Source: Myxococcota bacterium | GTDB lineage: Bacteria > Myxococcota_A > UBA9160 > SZUA-336 | DNA: 64,000 nt | Assembly (NCBI GenBank): GCA_965247115.1 | Contig: CBDFGR010000002.1 | Coordinates: 1,498,669 to 1,562,668, forward strand | Direction: 5' to 3' | In this document: piece by piece, positions 38,413-48,240 of the stretch | Position numbering within the stretch: position 1 is the first letter of the stretch | Layout: the number at the start of each line of letters is the position of its first letter | The notes under the pieces: generated by a model | Database searches by the model: none | What the model was told of the DNA's origin: nothing | What the model saw: only the letters and a program-made list of their open reading frames with translations | Translations under genes and position numbers: made by a program

Positions 38413-41013
38413 TTGCGAGAGATTCCGGAGAAGTACGACCACGCGGAGGGCGAGGCTACCTGGAAGGAGCGCTGGGAGTCGGAGGGTCTCTACCGCTGGG
38501 ACCCAACGCGGCCGCGCGAGGAGACCTTCGTGGTGGACACCCCCCCGCCGACGGTCTCGGGCTCGCTCCACGTCGGGCACGTGTTCAGCTACACGCACCA
38601 GGATGTGATCGCGCGTTACCAGCGCATGCTCGGCAAGAATATCGCCTACCCCATGGGCTGGGACGACAACGGGCTCCCCACAGAGCGCCGCGTGCAGGAC
38701 TCGTTCGGGATCCGTCCCGATCCCGGCCTGCCTTACGACCCGAGCTGGAGACCTCGCCGCGACAAGAGCAAGAAGGAGCCCGTCGAGGTGGTCTCGCGCC
38801 GCAACTTCGTCGAGGCCTGCGCGCTCGTCACGGAGGAAGACGAGGCCGCCTTCGAGGAGCTGTGGCGCAACCTCGGCCTCTCGGTGGACTGGGGGCAGCA
38901 GTACGCGACGATCGACGCGCACTGCCGGCGCCTGGCGCAGCTGTCATTTCTCGACCTCACCGAGAAGGGAGAGGTGTACCAGAGCCTGTCCCCCACCATG
39001 TGGGATGTGGACTTCCAGACCGCGGTCGCGCAGGCTGAGGTCGAGGATCGCGAACGGCCGGGCGCCTACCACGACATCCGCTTCGACATCGAAGGCGGCA
39101 GCGAGCTAGTCATCTCGACGACGCGACCCGAGCTGCTCGGCGCGTGCATTGCGGTCGTCGCCCACCCCGAGGACGAGCGCTACCGGCCGATCTTCGGCAA
39201 GCAGGCGATCGTTCCGCTGTTCGGCGCAGCCGTGCCGATTCTTCCGGCGGAGCACGCGGACCCCGAGCGGGGCACGGGCATCCTGATGGTCTGCACGTTC
39301 GGCGACCTCGCCGACGTCGAGTTCTGGCGCGGTAGCGGGCTGCCACTCCGTCAGCTGCTCGCCGCCAACGGTCGGATCGCTCCGGTGCGCTTCGGCCAGG
39401 AGCCCTTCGCGAGCCGGAACGCCGCGGCTGCCAACACCGCCCACGCGGAGCTCGAGGGCAAGAGCGTCGTGCAGGCACGCAAGAGGGTCGCCGAGCTGCT
39501 TCGCGACGCCGGCCGGCTGGTCGGCGAGCCGCAGCCCGTGCGCCACCCTGTCAAGTTCTACGAGCGCGGCGAGCGGCCGCTCGAATTCGTTCCCACACGG
39601 CAGTGGTTCGTCCGGTTGCTCGAGCACAAGCAGCAGCTGATCGAGCAGGGGCGCAAGATCGCCTGGCATCCGGAGTTCATGCGCGCGCGCTACGAGGACT
39701 GGGTGGAGGGCTTGAACCAGGACTGGTGCATCAGTCGCCAGCGCTACTCGGGCGTGCCCTTTCCCGTCTGGTACCCGCTCTCCGCCGAGGGCGAGGTCGA
39801 GTACGACCGCCCGATCTTTGCGACGCTCGAGCAGCTCCCGGTCGACCCCACCTCCGAGACACCGCAGGGCTACGAGGAGGCCCAGCGCAACCAGCCCGGT
39901 GGCTTCGCCGGCGACCCCGACGTAATGGACACGTGGGCTACTTCCTCCCTGTCGCCGCAGATCATGAGCCACTGGAAGCTCGATCCGGCACGGCACGCGC
40001 GGCTCTTTCCGATGGACGTCCGCCCGCAGTCCCACGAGATCATCCGCACATGGGCCTTCTACACGATCGTCAAGGCGTGGATGCACGAGCGCGAGGTGCC
40101 CTGGCGGAACGTCGTCATCAGCGGCTGGATCCTCGACCCCGACCGCAAGAAGATGAGCAAGTCTCGCGGCAACGTCGTGACGCCCGGCGAGCTCCTTGCC
40201 GAACACTCGGCAGACGCCGTGCGCTACTGGGCGGCGCGCGCTCGCCTCGGCGCGGACACCGCCTACGACCCGAAGATCTTCAAGCTCGGCAAGCGGCTCT
40301 GCACCAAGCTCGTGAACGCGAGCCGCTTCGCGCTCGCGCGTGTGGAGGAGAATGAGGGCGCGAGCCTCGGCGCTGAGCAGATCGTGGAGCCTCTGGACGT
40401 CGACTTCGTGACGCGCGTGCGCCGGGTCGCGGCCAAGGCCAGCAAAGAGCTCGATCGCTTCGAGTACTCCGGCGCGCTGCAGGTGACTGAGCAGGCGTTC
40501 TGGGAGTTCTGTGATCACTATCTGGAGCTGGTGAAGAGCCGCTCGTACGCGCAAGTGGACACACCGGGTCGCCGCTCAGCGCTCGCCACGCTACAGCTCG
40601 CGCTCCGGACCTTCCTGCGCCTGTTCGCACCGTTCCTGCCCTTCGTGTGCGAGGAGATCTGGTCCTGGCGTTTTGCAGGTCCGGGACGGGAGAGCTCGAT
40701 CCATACGGCGCCGTGGCCCACCCCAGAGGATTCGGCCAACGTCGCGAGCGGCGATGGCGCGGATCGCTATGCCTGCGCGATCGAGCTCAGCCAGAAGATC
40801 CGTGCTGCAAAGACTCGCGCGCGGAGGAGCCTGCGCTGGCCCGTCGAGAGCCTCGACGTCTCAGGCCAGGGGGACGACGTCGCTGCCCTGCGCACGGTGC
40901 TGGCCGATGTGCTTGCCGCGGGAACGATCGCCGAGGAGCGCTGCAGAATCCGGACGGGCCCGGCTCCCGAGGGCGAGCGCTTCTCCGTAGAGGTAGTCCT
41001 GGCGGAGGAGTGA
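38413..41013 (+). CDS. valS: valine--tRNA ligase
   Basis: TTG at 38413 preceded by GAGGAG; ...PPPTVSGSLHVGHVFSYT... (HIGH) and ...KMSKSRGNVV (KMSKS); track ORF 37930..41013 has a spurious N-terminal extension. Confidence 0.9.
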   Translation: MREIPEKYDHAEGEATWKERWESEGLYRWDPTRPREETFVVDTPPPTVSGSLHVGHVFSYTHQDVIARYQRMLGKNIAYPMGWDDNGLPTERRVQDSFGIRPDPGLPYDPSWRPRRDKSKKEPVEVVSRRNFVEACALVTEEDEAAFEELWRNLGLSVDWGQQYATIDAHCRRLAQLSFLDLTEKGEVYQSLSPTMWDVDFQTAVAQAEVEDRERPGAYHDIRFDIEGGSELVISTTRPELLGACIAVVAHPEDERYRPIFGKQAIVPLFGAAVPILPAEHADPERGTGILMVCTFGDLADVEFWRGSGLPLRQLLAANGRIAPVRFGQEPFASRNAAAANTAHAELEGKSVVQARKRVAELLRDAGRLVGEPQPVRHPVKFYERGERPLEFVPTRQWFVRLLEHKQQLIEQGRKIAWHPEFMRARYEDWVEGLNQDWCISRQRYSGVPFPVWYPLSAEGEVEYDRPIFATLEQLPVDPTSETPQGYEEAQRNQPGGFAGDPDVMDTWATSSLSPQIMSHWKLDPARHARLFPMDVRPQSHEIIRTWAFYTIVKAWMHEREVPWRNVVISGWILDPDRKKMSKSRGNVVTPGELLAEHSADAVRYWAARARLGADTAYDPKIFKLGKRLCTKLVNASRFALARVEENEGASLGAEQIVEPLDVDFVTRVRRVAAKASKELDRFEYSGALQVTEQAFWEFCDHYLELVKSRSYAQVDTPGRRSALATLQLALRTFLRLFAPFLPFVCEEIWSWRFAGPGRESSIHTAPWPTPEDSANVASGDGADRYACAIELSQKIRAAKTRARRSLRWPVESLDVSGQGDDVAALRTVLADVLAAGTIAEERCRIRTGPAPEGERFSVEVVLAEE

Positions 41014-41026
41014 GTGCGGCGGCGCG

Positions 41027-42295
41027 CTAGCGTTGGCTGCGGAAGCGGTCACCGACCAGGACGTCGGTGCGAGCCCGGGTGACCAGCGCGAGTGAGGTCT
41101 TCTCCGACACTTTGACCACGAAGGCGCCGCCGATCACGTCGTCCGGCACGATCACCCTCTCGAGGGTGGCCGGATCCCGAGCTTCCTGTGACGCGCGGTA
41201 GAGCTCGAAGCGGCGCCCGGGCGTGATCCCCTCGCGCAGCCCACGGTCCAGGATGACCATGTCGCCGGAGCTGGCGCGCAGCCGGTACGGCTGGTAGGCG
41301 AGCACCCGACCCTCTACGCGCTCCTCCGAGTGAACCTCGACGAACTCCGTCGGTTGCTCGACGTAGGGCATCACGCGGTCACCGGGCTCGATCTCCGAAT
41401 AGGACATGGTGATGCGGACGTAGGACGACCCGGGGTGGATCTCGGTGACCTCGGCGTGGCCAAGGACCTGGACGAAGTAGCCAAGGTTCTCGAGCGTCTC
41501 CGGATGGCGGACCCTCTTGATGGTGCGAAAGATGGTCAGCGCATCGCCCATGTGGGCCTTGCCCTCGCCCAGGCTCACGATCGTGCGCTGCCCCTGAGAC
41601 GACCAGTAGTGCGCCTCGTGGCTGCCCATGATCGCTGCGGTGCCCGTGTACTGAAGGTCGCTGACAAAGCCGTAGCGATGCAGACCCGAGAAACGCATCA
41701 CCCGGCTGACACCCGTCTCCCCTTGATCCAGTGCGGCGAAGGGATCGTCCAAGGACGGAGCCTCTTCCAGCTCTTCCCCGAGGTCCGCCGGGTACGGAAG
41801 CAGCCCTTCGTCCCCCGGGATCCCGCCGGCATACTCCGAGCCATCGGAGTACTCCGAGCCGTCACCCGCTTCGGACCCGTCGCGGGCCTCGGAGTCAGCA
41901 GCGGCCATGTCCTCCGAACCGTCCTCGGATCCCAGGATCTCCAGGGCAGAGCTTGCGCTGAAGTCCTCGCCCGCCTCGGCCATTGCCTGCCGCAGCCGTT
42001 CCGCCTCTTCGGGCGTGAGCTTGCGCATCAGCCGCTCGCTGATCCAGACCTCGTCCTTGGGGTAGATCAGGTGAGGATTGGCGATGTACTCGTTCTCGGT
42101 CCAGACCGAGGGCCACACCCACGGAGTCCCCAGATAGTGATTGGAGATGTCCCAAAGGGTGTCTCCCCTGATGATCAGGTGGATGTACCCCTTCTCGCCG
42201 TCCCGAACCTCGACCTTGCCCTGCGCCGAGGACAGACCGGGAAGCGTGAGGACGAGCGCGACGAGTGAGATGAGCCAGAACGAGGGCATGCACAT
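41027..42295 (-). CDS. secreted LysM domain protein with acidic DGSE-repeat linker
   Basis: 422 aa; signal peptide MCMPSFWLISLVALVLTLPGLSSAQG; IHLIIRGDTLWDISNHYLG...ANPHLIYP LysM motif; low-complexity GSEDGSED...DGSEYSDGSEY segment. Confidence 0.7.
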   Translation of the reverse strand: MCMPSFWLISLVALVLTLPGLSSAQGKVEVRDGEKGYIHLIIRGDTLWDISNHYLGTPWVWPSVWTENEYIANPHLIYPKDEVWISERLMRKLTPEEAERLRQAMAEAGEDFSASSALEILGSEDGSEDMAAADSEARDGSEAGDGSEYSDGSEYAGGIPGDEGLLPYPADLGEELEEAPSLDDPFAALDQGETGVSRVMRFSGLHRYGFVSDLQYTGTAAIMGSHEAHYWSSQGQRTIVSLGEGKAHMGDALTIFRTIKRVRHPETLENLGYFVQVLGHAEVTEIHPGSSYVRITMSYSEIEPGDRVMPYVEQPTEFVEVHSEERVEGRVLAYQPYRLRASSGDMVILDRGLREGITPGRRFELYRASQEARDPATLERVIVPDDVIGGAFVVKVSEKTSLALVTRARTDVLVGDRFRSQR

Positions 42296-42356
42296 TCCCC
42301 TTCCGGGAAAGCATCGGCAGCGCGGAAAGTGCCCTTGAGATGGCGAAGCTGCGGCG

Positions 42357-43706
42357 CTAGCCGGACCCCCGGTTCTTCCGCCAGCTCGGGTGGGTGATTC
42401 CGAGGCGCTGCACGCGATAGTTGAGCTTGCGTCGGCTCATGCGAAGCAGATGGGCCGCGTCTTTCTGTACCCAGCTGGCGCGTTCCAGGGCCTGCAGGAC
42501 GAGCGAGCGCTCTACCTCTCGGTAGTCGACACCTTCGGCGGGCAGGCGCACCGCCATGCCTTCCCCGCCCTCGTACTCGGGCGCGTCCAGACACAGGTCG
42601 CAGCGCTCGACGCACTCGGAGTCGCCCATCAAGACCGCTCGCTCGACCACGTTGCGAAGCTCGCGCACGTTCCCTGGCCAGTGGTGTCGCATGAGCGCAT
42701 CCAGCGCCCCGGGCGAGAAGCCGCGCTTGGGTCTGGCCTCCAGCCGGTTGAACTCGCGCAAGAACTCCTGCGCCAGCTCCGGGACGTCGCAAGCTCGCTG
42801 GCGCAGCAGGGGCAGCCGAATGGTGATGACGTTCAGCCGGAAGAGCAGCTCCGCCCGGAACTGACCCGCTCGGATCATCTCGCGCAGGTCCTGGTTCGTG
42901 GCCGCGATCACCCGTACGTCGACGCGCAAGGACTGCGAGCCACCCAGACGCTCGAACTCGCGCTCTTGCAGCGCGCGCAGCACCTTGCCCTGAGTGCGCA
43001 GACTCATGTCTCCGATCTCGTCGAGGAACAGAGTCCCGCCGTCCGCCTCCTCGAAACGTCCGAGACGACGCTGCTCGGCTCCCGTGAACGCGCCACGCTC
43101 GTGACCGAACAGCTCGCTCTCGAGCAGCGGCTCTGGCAGCGCGGCGCAGTTCACCTTGACGATGCGCTGCGTGCGTCGAGGCGACAGAGCGTGAATAGTG
43201 CCGGCAACCAGCTCCTTGCCAGTCCCGGTTTCGCCGATCACGAGCACGCTGGCGCGCGAGCCAGCCACCTTCTTGATCTGCCGTCGCACGGCTTTGATCT
43301 CCGGACCGGAGCCGAGTATCGAGCGCTCGGTCTCGAGCGCCGCACTCTCGCCACGCAGACGCGCGAGCTCTACACGCAACCCAAGCTGTGCAAGCGCGCG
43401 ATCGAGCTTGATGCCCAGCTCGTCCAGATCAAAGGGGAAGGCGACAAAGTCGTCCGCCCCCTGCTTGAGTGCTGCCACCTGTGCCTCGACGCAGCCGCGC
43501 GCGCAGAGTGCCAGGATCGCCGGACGCGGTGAGAGAGCGGCGAGCTCGCGCAGTCGCGCAGCGGCTGCGGGGTAGTCGAGGATCGCTGCCCGCGGGACGC
43601 CTCCCGCCAGGCGCTCCTGTACCTCGTAGCCCTGCCCGGTGAGCCATCGCTCCAACTCCGAGCGGACTTTCGAGTCCCCGCAGACCAAGACCACGCGCTC
43701 GTGCAC
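42357..43706 (-). CDS. sigma-54-dependent response regulator (NtrC family)
   Basis: 449 aa; GETGTGKE Walker A, ESELFGHERGAFTGA (GAFTGA motif), C-terminal HTH. Confidence 0.9.
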   Translation of the reverse strand: MHERVVLVCGDSKVRSELERWLTGQGYEVQERLAGGVPRAAILDYPAAAARLRELAALSPRPAILALCARGCVEAQVAALKQGADDFVAFPFDLDELGIKLDRALAQLGLRVELARLRGESAALETERSILGSGPEIKAVRRQIKKVAGSRASVLVIGETGTGKELVAGTIHALSPRRTQRIVKVNCAALPEPLLESELFGHERGAFTGAEQRRLGRFEEADGGTLFLDEIGDMSLRTQGKVLRALQEREFERLGGSQSLRVDVRVIAATNQDLREMIRAGQFRAELLFRLNVITIRLPLLRQRACDVPELAQEFLREFNRLEARPKRGFSPGALDALMRHHWPGNVRELRNVVERAVLMGDSECVERCDLCLDAPEYEGGEGMAVRLPAEGVDYREVERSLVLQALERASWVQKDAAHLLRMSRRKLNYRVQRLGITHPSWRKNRGSG

Positions 43707-43769
43707 TCGTCACCCGAGTTTCAAAAATGCACTCGAAGTATCGGAGCGCGGCGTCCGGAAGTGAAACCG

Positions 43770-45080
43770 CTAGCGGCCGACTCCCGTATAGCGGAAGCCC
43801 AGCTTCTCGACCTCACTGCGATCGTAGACGTTGCGCAGGTCGACGAGGACCGGGCTCAAGAGGTACTCCCTGAGCCTCACGAAGTCGAGCGAGCGGAACT
43901 CGTTCCACTCCGTGGCCAGGACCAGACAGTCGCTGTCTTTCGCGACGTCGTACGCATCCTTACAGAAGGTCACATCCACGAGCTCTTCCCGAGCCCTCGG
44001 CATGGCTTGCGGGTCGAAGCAGCGCACCCCGGCACCCTCCTCCTGCAGACGTCGGATGATCCCCAGTGCGGGCGAGTCTCGCACGTCGTCCGTGTTCGGC
44101 TTGTAGGAGAGACCGAGCACGCCCACGGTCTTGCCGACCAGGGCTCCGATCTGCTCGGAGATCTTCTCGATCATGCGCTCGCGCTGTGCGTCGTTGGCGG
44201 CGATCGCCGCGGAGACGACGCGCTGCTCGACTCCGAACTCGCGGCTGAAGCTCACGAGCGAAAGGGTGTCCTTGGGAAAGCAGGAGCCGCCGTAGCCCGG
44301 CCCGGGATGCAGGAACTTGCTGCTGATCCTGCCGTCCAGTCCCATCGCGCGCGCCACGTGGTGCACGTCCGCACCGACCCTTTCCGCCAGGTTGGAGATC
44401 TCGTTGATGAAGCTGATCTTCGCCGCGAGGAAAGCGTTCGACGCATACTTGATGAGCTCGGCTGTCGCGATGTTCGTGACGACGAAGGGCACCTCGATCA
44501 AGTAGAGCGGACGGTAGAGGTCCCTGAGAATCGCGATCGCCTCATCGTCCTCCGCGCCGATCACGATACGATCGGGGCGCAGGAAGTCCTCCACCGCGCT
44601 GCCCTCGCGCAGGAACTCCGGGTTCGCGACAACGGAGCAGCGATGCTGTTCGTTGCCGCTCTCTGCCATGGCAGCTTCGATCGTCCTCTTGACCCGCTCC
44701 GCCGTCCGCACCGGGACGGTGCTCTTCGTGACGACCACCTTGTAGCCATCGAGACTGGCACCGATGGTGCGTGAGACGTCGTCCACGTATGAGAGGTCCG
44801 TGCTGCCGTCCGGTTGCGGAGGAGTGGGGACGGCAATGAAGATGACCAGGGCTCGCTCGACGGCTTCGCGCGCGTTCGTCGTGAAGCGGAGGCGGCCGTT
44901 GCTCGTGTTGCGGCGCACGATCTCCTCGAGTCCGGGCTCGAAGATCGGAACCTCGCCCTCCCGGAGCTTGTCGATCTTGGCCCCATCCTTGTCGACGCAG
45001 GTGACACTGATCCCGAACTCGGCGAAGCAAGCGCCCGTAACGAGCCCGACGTACCCCGTTCCGATCACCGCCACGTTCAT
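43770..45080 (-). CDS. ugd: UDP-glucose 6-dehydrogenase
   Basis: 436 aa; MNVAVIGTGYVGLVTGACFAEFG...GGSCFPKD catalytic Cys motif. Confidence 0.9.
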   Translation of the reverse strand: MNVAVIGTGYVGLVTGACFAEFGISVTCVDKDGAKIDKLREGEVPIFEPGLEEIVRRNTSNGRLRFTTNAREAVERALVIFIAVPTPPQPDGSTDLSYVDDVSRTIGASLDGYKVVVTKSTVPVRTAERVKRTIEAAMAESGNEQHRCSVVANPEFLREGSAVEDFLRPDRIVIGAEDDEAIAILRDLYRPLYLIEVPFVVTNIATAELIKYASNAFLAAKISFINEISNLAERVGADVHHVARAMGLDGRISSKFLHPGPGYGGSCFPKDTLSLVSFSREFGVEQRVVSAAIAANDAQRERMIEKISEQIGALVGKTVGVLGLSYKPNTDDVRDSPALGIIRRLQEEGAGVRCFDPQAMPRAREELVDVTFCKDAYDVAKDSDCLVLATEWNEFRSLDFVRLREYLLSPVLVDLRNVYDRSEVEKLGFRYTGVGR

Positions 45081-45451
45081 GACCGCTCCCTCTTTCGCGC
45101 CGAGAACCGGACGCCCTCGAACACCACGATCCCGATCAAGACTCCCACGGCGTTCGCGCGAAGATCAGCGAATGAGGCAACCCGACTGGGAACCGACGCC
45201 TGGAGCCACTCCCCTAGCGCGGCAAAGCCCAGACACGCGGCCAGCGCGATCGGGATCCGTAGCTGGGGAGGACCACCGAGGCTCCACAGGGTAACCCAGG
45301 AAAGACCGACGAACAGCGGGATGTGTACGAGATCCATCGTGGAGGCCGAGAGCCCGAGCCGCACCAGATCTCTCGCCGGCGTGGCGGAGAGCAACAGGAT
45401 CCCGCCGAGGTAGATCAGGACGACCGGGAGCCGCCGCAGCGCTGGAGTCAC
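45077..45451 (-). CDS. VanZ-like membrane protein
   Basis: 124 aa, hydrophobic; ...HIPLFVGLSWVTLWSL... resembles VanZ family. Confidence 0.5.
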   Translation of the reverse strand: MTPALRRLPVVLIYLGGILLLSATPARDLVRLGLSASTMDLVHIPLFVGLSWVTLWSLGGPPQLRIPIALAACLGFAALGEWLQASVPSRVASFADLRANAVGVLIGIVVFEGVRFSARKRERS

Positions 45452-46401
45452 GGAGACTCCTCTCGCAGCCAGCGGACGAACTCGCGCAGACCAAGATCGA
45501 GGTCCACACGAGGCTCGTAGCCAAGCTCGGCGCGGGCGAGATCAATCGCCGCCCAGGTTCTTGGCACGTCCCCAGCCTGAAGCGGGTGCACCTCGCGCTT
45601 GATGGAGACTCCGAGCGCACGCTCCAGCGCGGCGATCGTCTCGTTCAACGTCACCGGTGCTCCCCTGCCGAGGTTGTAGACGTGGAAGCCCTCAGCTCGA
45701 TCGAGGGCACGGAGAATCCCATCGACCAGATCCGAAACGAAGGTGAAGTCGCGCTCGCTACTCCCGTCTCCGAAGACGGGAATGGCCTCGCCGGCCAGAG
45801 CTCGGCGCGCAAAGGTGTGAATGGCGAGATCCGGGCGCTGGCGTGGCCCGTAGGCCGTAAAGAAGCGCAGGCATGTGATGGAAAAGTCAGCACTCGCGTG
45901 GAAGGAGTGACAGAGCAGCTCACCCCCGCGCTTGCTCGCGCCATAGGGCGAGAGCGGGCGGTCCGGGCGGTCCGCCTCGTTGAACGGCTCCCGCGGCCGA
46001 TCTCCGTAGACACTTGCCGAGGAGGCAAAGATCACGCGTGAGACCTCCGCTTGCGCGGCCGCATGGAGCAGCGTCGCCGTCCCCGTCATGTTGACGTCCA
46101 TGTACTCCTCGGGCTCGAGCAGGCTCGGTCGAACACCTGCACGCGCGGCGAGGTGGATCAGCGCAGCGGGACGGAACTCGCGAAGACAACGCGTGACACC
46201 GTCCCGATCGCGGATATCGAGCTCCCAGACACCGGCGAAGCCCCGCTGGCTGCGGGCGCCTGCCAGGTTTCGCTCCTTCATCCGTCGCGGATAGAAGTCG
46301 TGAAAAGAGTCGAGCACAGCGACTTCATCCGAGCGCGCGAGCAGAGCGTCCACCACGTGCGACCCAATGGCCCCAGCCCCGCCCGTAACCAGAACCTTCA
46401 T
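45448..46401 (-). CDS. NAD-dependent epimerase/dehydratase (UDP-glucuronate 4-epimerase-like)
   Basis: MKVLVTGGAGAIGSHVV Rossmann motif; YxxxK region ...YGASKRGGELL; adjacent to ugd. ATG at 46401 (track ORF starts at TTG 46407). Confidence 0.85.
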   Translation of the reverse strand: MKVLVTGGAGAIGSHVVDALLARSDEVAVLDSFHDFYPRRMKERNLAGARSQRGFAGVWELDIRDRDGVTRCLREFRPAALIHLAARAGVRPSLLEPEEYMDVNMTGTATLLHAAAQAEVSRVIFASSASVYGDRPREPFNEADRPDRPLSPYGASKRGGELLCHSFHASADFSITCLRFFTAYGPRQRPDLAIHTFARRALAGEAIPVFGDGSSERDFTFVSDLVDGILRALDRAEGFHVYNLGRGAPVTLNETIAALERALGVSIKREVHPLQAGDVPRTWAAIDLARAELGYEPRVDLDLGLREFVRWLREESP

Positions 46402-46425
46402 GAACAAAGCATAACGAAAAGCAAA

Positions 46426-46471
46426 CCCCTACCCGATCGGCAACCTGAACCCCTAGCCGATCGGCAACCTG
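46426..46471. promoter_or_regulatory. tandem 24-bp direct repeat, each unit carrying the palindrome CCGATCGG; candidate regulator-binding site
   Basis: CCCCTACCCGATCGGCAACCTG-aa-CCCCTAGCCGATCGGCAACCTG located 25-70 bp upstream of the epimerase start. Confidence 0.35.
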
Positions 46472-46553
46472 CAAGCGCCGCAATTGCGGCGCGCGCAGCG
46501 AAGGCCTGAGCGAAGGTGGGTGGCCCGCGGACGCCCGCGGGCCGGGTCCCACA
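46471..46553 (-). repeat. GC-rich repeat, copy D (short variant lacking the GGCC-N3-GGCC hairpin)
   Basis: GCAAGCGCCGCAATTGCGGCGCGCGCAGCGAAGGCCTGAGCGAAGGTGGGTGGCCCGCGGACGCCCGCGGGCCGGGTCCCACAG directly 3' of the sigma-54 regulator stop (46559). Confidence 0.8.
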
Positions 46554-46558
46554 GGGAC

Positions 46559-47986
46559 TCACTCCGCGAGGCCACACTCCTTGATCTTCTGGAGGAGGGT
46601 CTTGTAGCTCACCTCGAGGATCTTGGCGGCCTTCTTGCGGTTCCAGTTCGTCTGATACAAAACTTGTCGCAGCGCCCGCCGTTCCGCCGCTCGAGCGGCT
46701 CGCTTGCCGATCTCGCGCAGCGACACACCCTCCTGCGTCGGATCGAGCTCCGGAGCCGCCTCGTCCTCTTCCTCCACTCTCGGGTGGACCGAAGCACTGG
46801 TTCCAAAAACCTCGTCCGCGATGACCTCCTCGCTTTGCAGCACGACGATGCGCTTCAGCATGTTCTCGAGCTCACGCACGTTCCCCGGCCAGGGATACTC
46901 CTTGAAGCCCTGCCGGAGGCGCTTGGACAGCGTGACTTGCTCGCGCCCGTACTCGCGGCTGTACAGCGTCAGGAAGTGGTCGGTGAGAAGCGGGATCTCC
47001 TCTGGCCGCTCGCGGAGCGGCGGCACGCGGACGTTCACGACGTTCAGCCGGTAATACAGATCCTCGCGGAACGTGCCTTTGCGAACCATCTCCTCCAGGT
47101 TGCGGTTCGTCGCGGCCACGACGCGGACGTCGACGCGGACCTCGGTGTGGCCGCCGAGCCGTGAGAACTCGCCGTCCTGGAGGACCTGCAGGAGCTTCGC
47201 TTGGAGCTTGGGACTCATCTCCCCGATCTCATCGAGGAACATGGTGCCACCGCAGGCGACCTCGAACTTGCCCGGCTTGCGGGACGTCGCGCCCGTGAAG
47301 GCCCCGCGCTCGTAGCCGAACAGCTCGCTCTCGAGCAGCTCCTCGGGCAAGGCCGCGCAGTTCACCTTGACGAAGCGCTTCGTGCGCCGCGTGGACAGCT
47401 CGTGCACGGTACGCGCCACGACCTCCTTGCCCACGCCACTTTCACCGTGGATCAATACGGTCACCCCGGCGTCGCCGATCTGCTCGAGGATCTCCCGGAT
47501 CCGGTTCATCTGCTCGGAGGCCCAGAGGAACGTCGCCTTGCCGCGACCGCGTTGGCTCCCGGGCAGCTCGTCCTGGTGGACCTCGGGGGCAGAGTCGAAC
47601 GCCCGCTCGAGCGCGTCCCCGAGCTCCTTCTCCTCGAAGGGCTTGTTCAGGTAGTCAACCGCGCCGATGTTCATCGCCTCCACTACGGTGGCCGCCTTGC
47701 GCACCACCGAGAGCATGATCACGGGCATGCTCGGCAAGCGGCGGCGAATCTCGCGCAGCGTGTCCAGACCACCCAGGTCCGGCATCATGACATCGAGGAA
47801 GATCGCGTCCGGCTGGGTTTCCCGCTCGAGGAGCTCTAGCGCCGCGGCGCCGTCCGCGGCCAGCACGACGTCGTATCCCAAAAGAGGCAGCAGGTTCTGC
47901 AGGTAAGCCCGAATGGCCTCTGCGTCGTCAACGACCATCACCCGTCTGCGCGAGGGAATACTTCGCGGCGCTCCGGACCTAGTCAT
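46559..47986 (-). CDS. sigma-54-dependent response regulator (NtrC family)
   Basis: RRRVMVVDDAEAIRAY receiver; GESGVGKE; ESELFGYERGAFTGA; C-terminal HTH. ATG at 47986 (track ORF starts at GTG 47995). Confidence 0.9.
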   Translation of the reverse strand: MTRSGAPRSIPSRRRVMVVDDAEAIRAYLQNLLPLLGYDVVLAADGAAALELLERETQPDAIFLDVMMPDLGGLDTLREIRRRLPSMPVIMLSVVRKAATVVEAMNIGAVDYLNKPFEEKELGDALERAFDSAPEVHQDELPGSQRGRGKATFLWASEQMNRIREILEQIGDAGVTVLIHGESGVGKEVVARTVHELSTRRTKRFVKVNCAALPEELLESELFGYERGAFTGATSRKPGKFEVACGGTMFLDEIGEMSPKLQAKLLQVLQDGEFSRLGGHTEVRVDVRVVAATNRNLEEMVRKGTFREDLYYRLNVVNVRVPPLRERPEEIPLLTDHFLTLYSREYGREQVTLSKRLRQGFKEYPWPGNVRELENMLKRIVVLQSEEVIADEVFGTSASVHPRVEEEDEAAPELDPTQEGVSLREIGKRAARAAERRALRQVLYQTNWNRKKAAKILEVSYKTLLQKIKECGLAE

Positions 47987-48044
47987 GGCGGTCACAGCTC
48001 GAGTCCATCGCTCACTCTATCGGCGAGGAACTCCGCGGGCTTGT

Positions 48045-48240
48045 CTTGTGGGACCCGGCCCGCGGGCGGCCGCGGGCCACCCACCTTCGCTCAGGCCAAA
48101 GGCCTTCGCTGCGCGCGCCGCTTCCGCGGCGCTTGCCTTGTGGGACCCGGCCCGCGGGCGGCCGCGGGCCACCCACCTTCGCTCAGGCCAAAGGCCCTCG
48201 CTGCGCGCGCCGCTTCCGCGGCGCTGCGCGCGCCGCTGCA
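48045..48240 (+). repeat. GC-rich repeat, copies E1 and E2 (two tandem units, period 92 bp)
   Basis: CTTGTGGGACCCGGCCCGCGGGCGGCCGCGGGCCACCCACCTTCGCTCAGGCCAAAGGCC(T/C)TCGCTGCGCGCGCCGCTTCCGCGGCGCTTGC twice, in the divergent intergenic region between the sigma-54 regulator and ligA. Confidence 0.85.
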
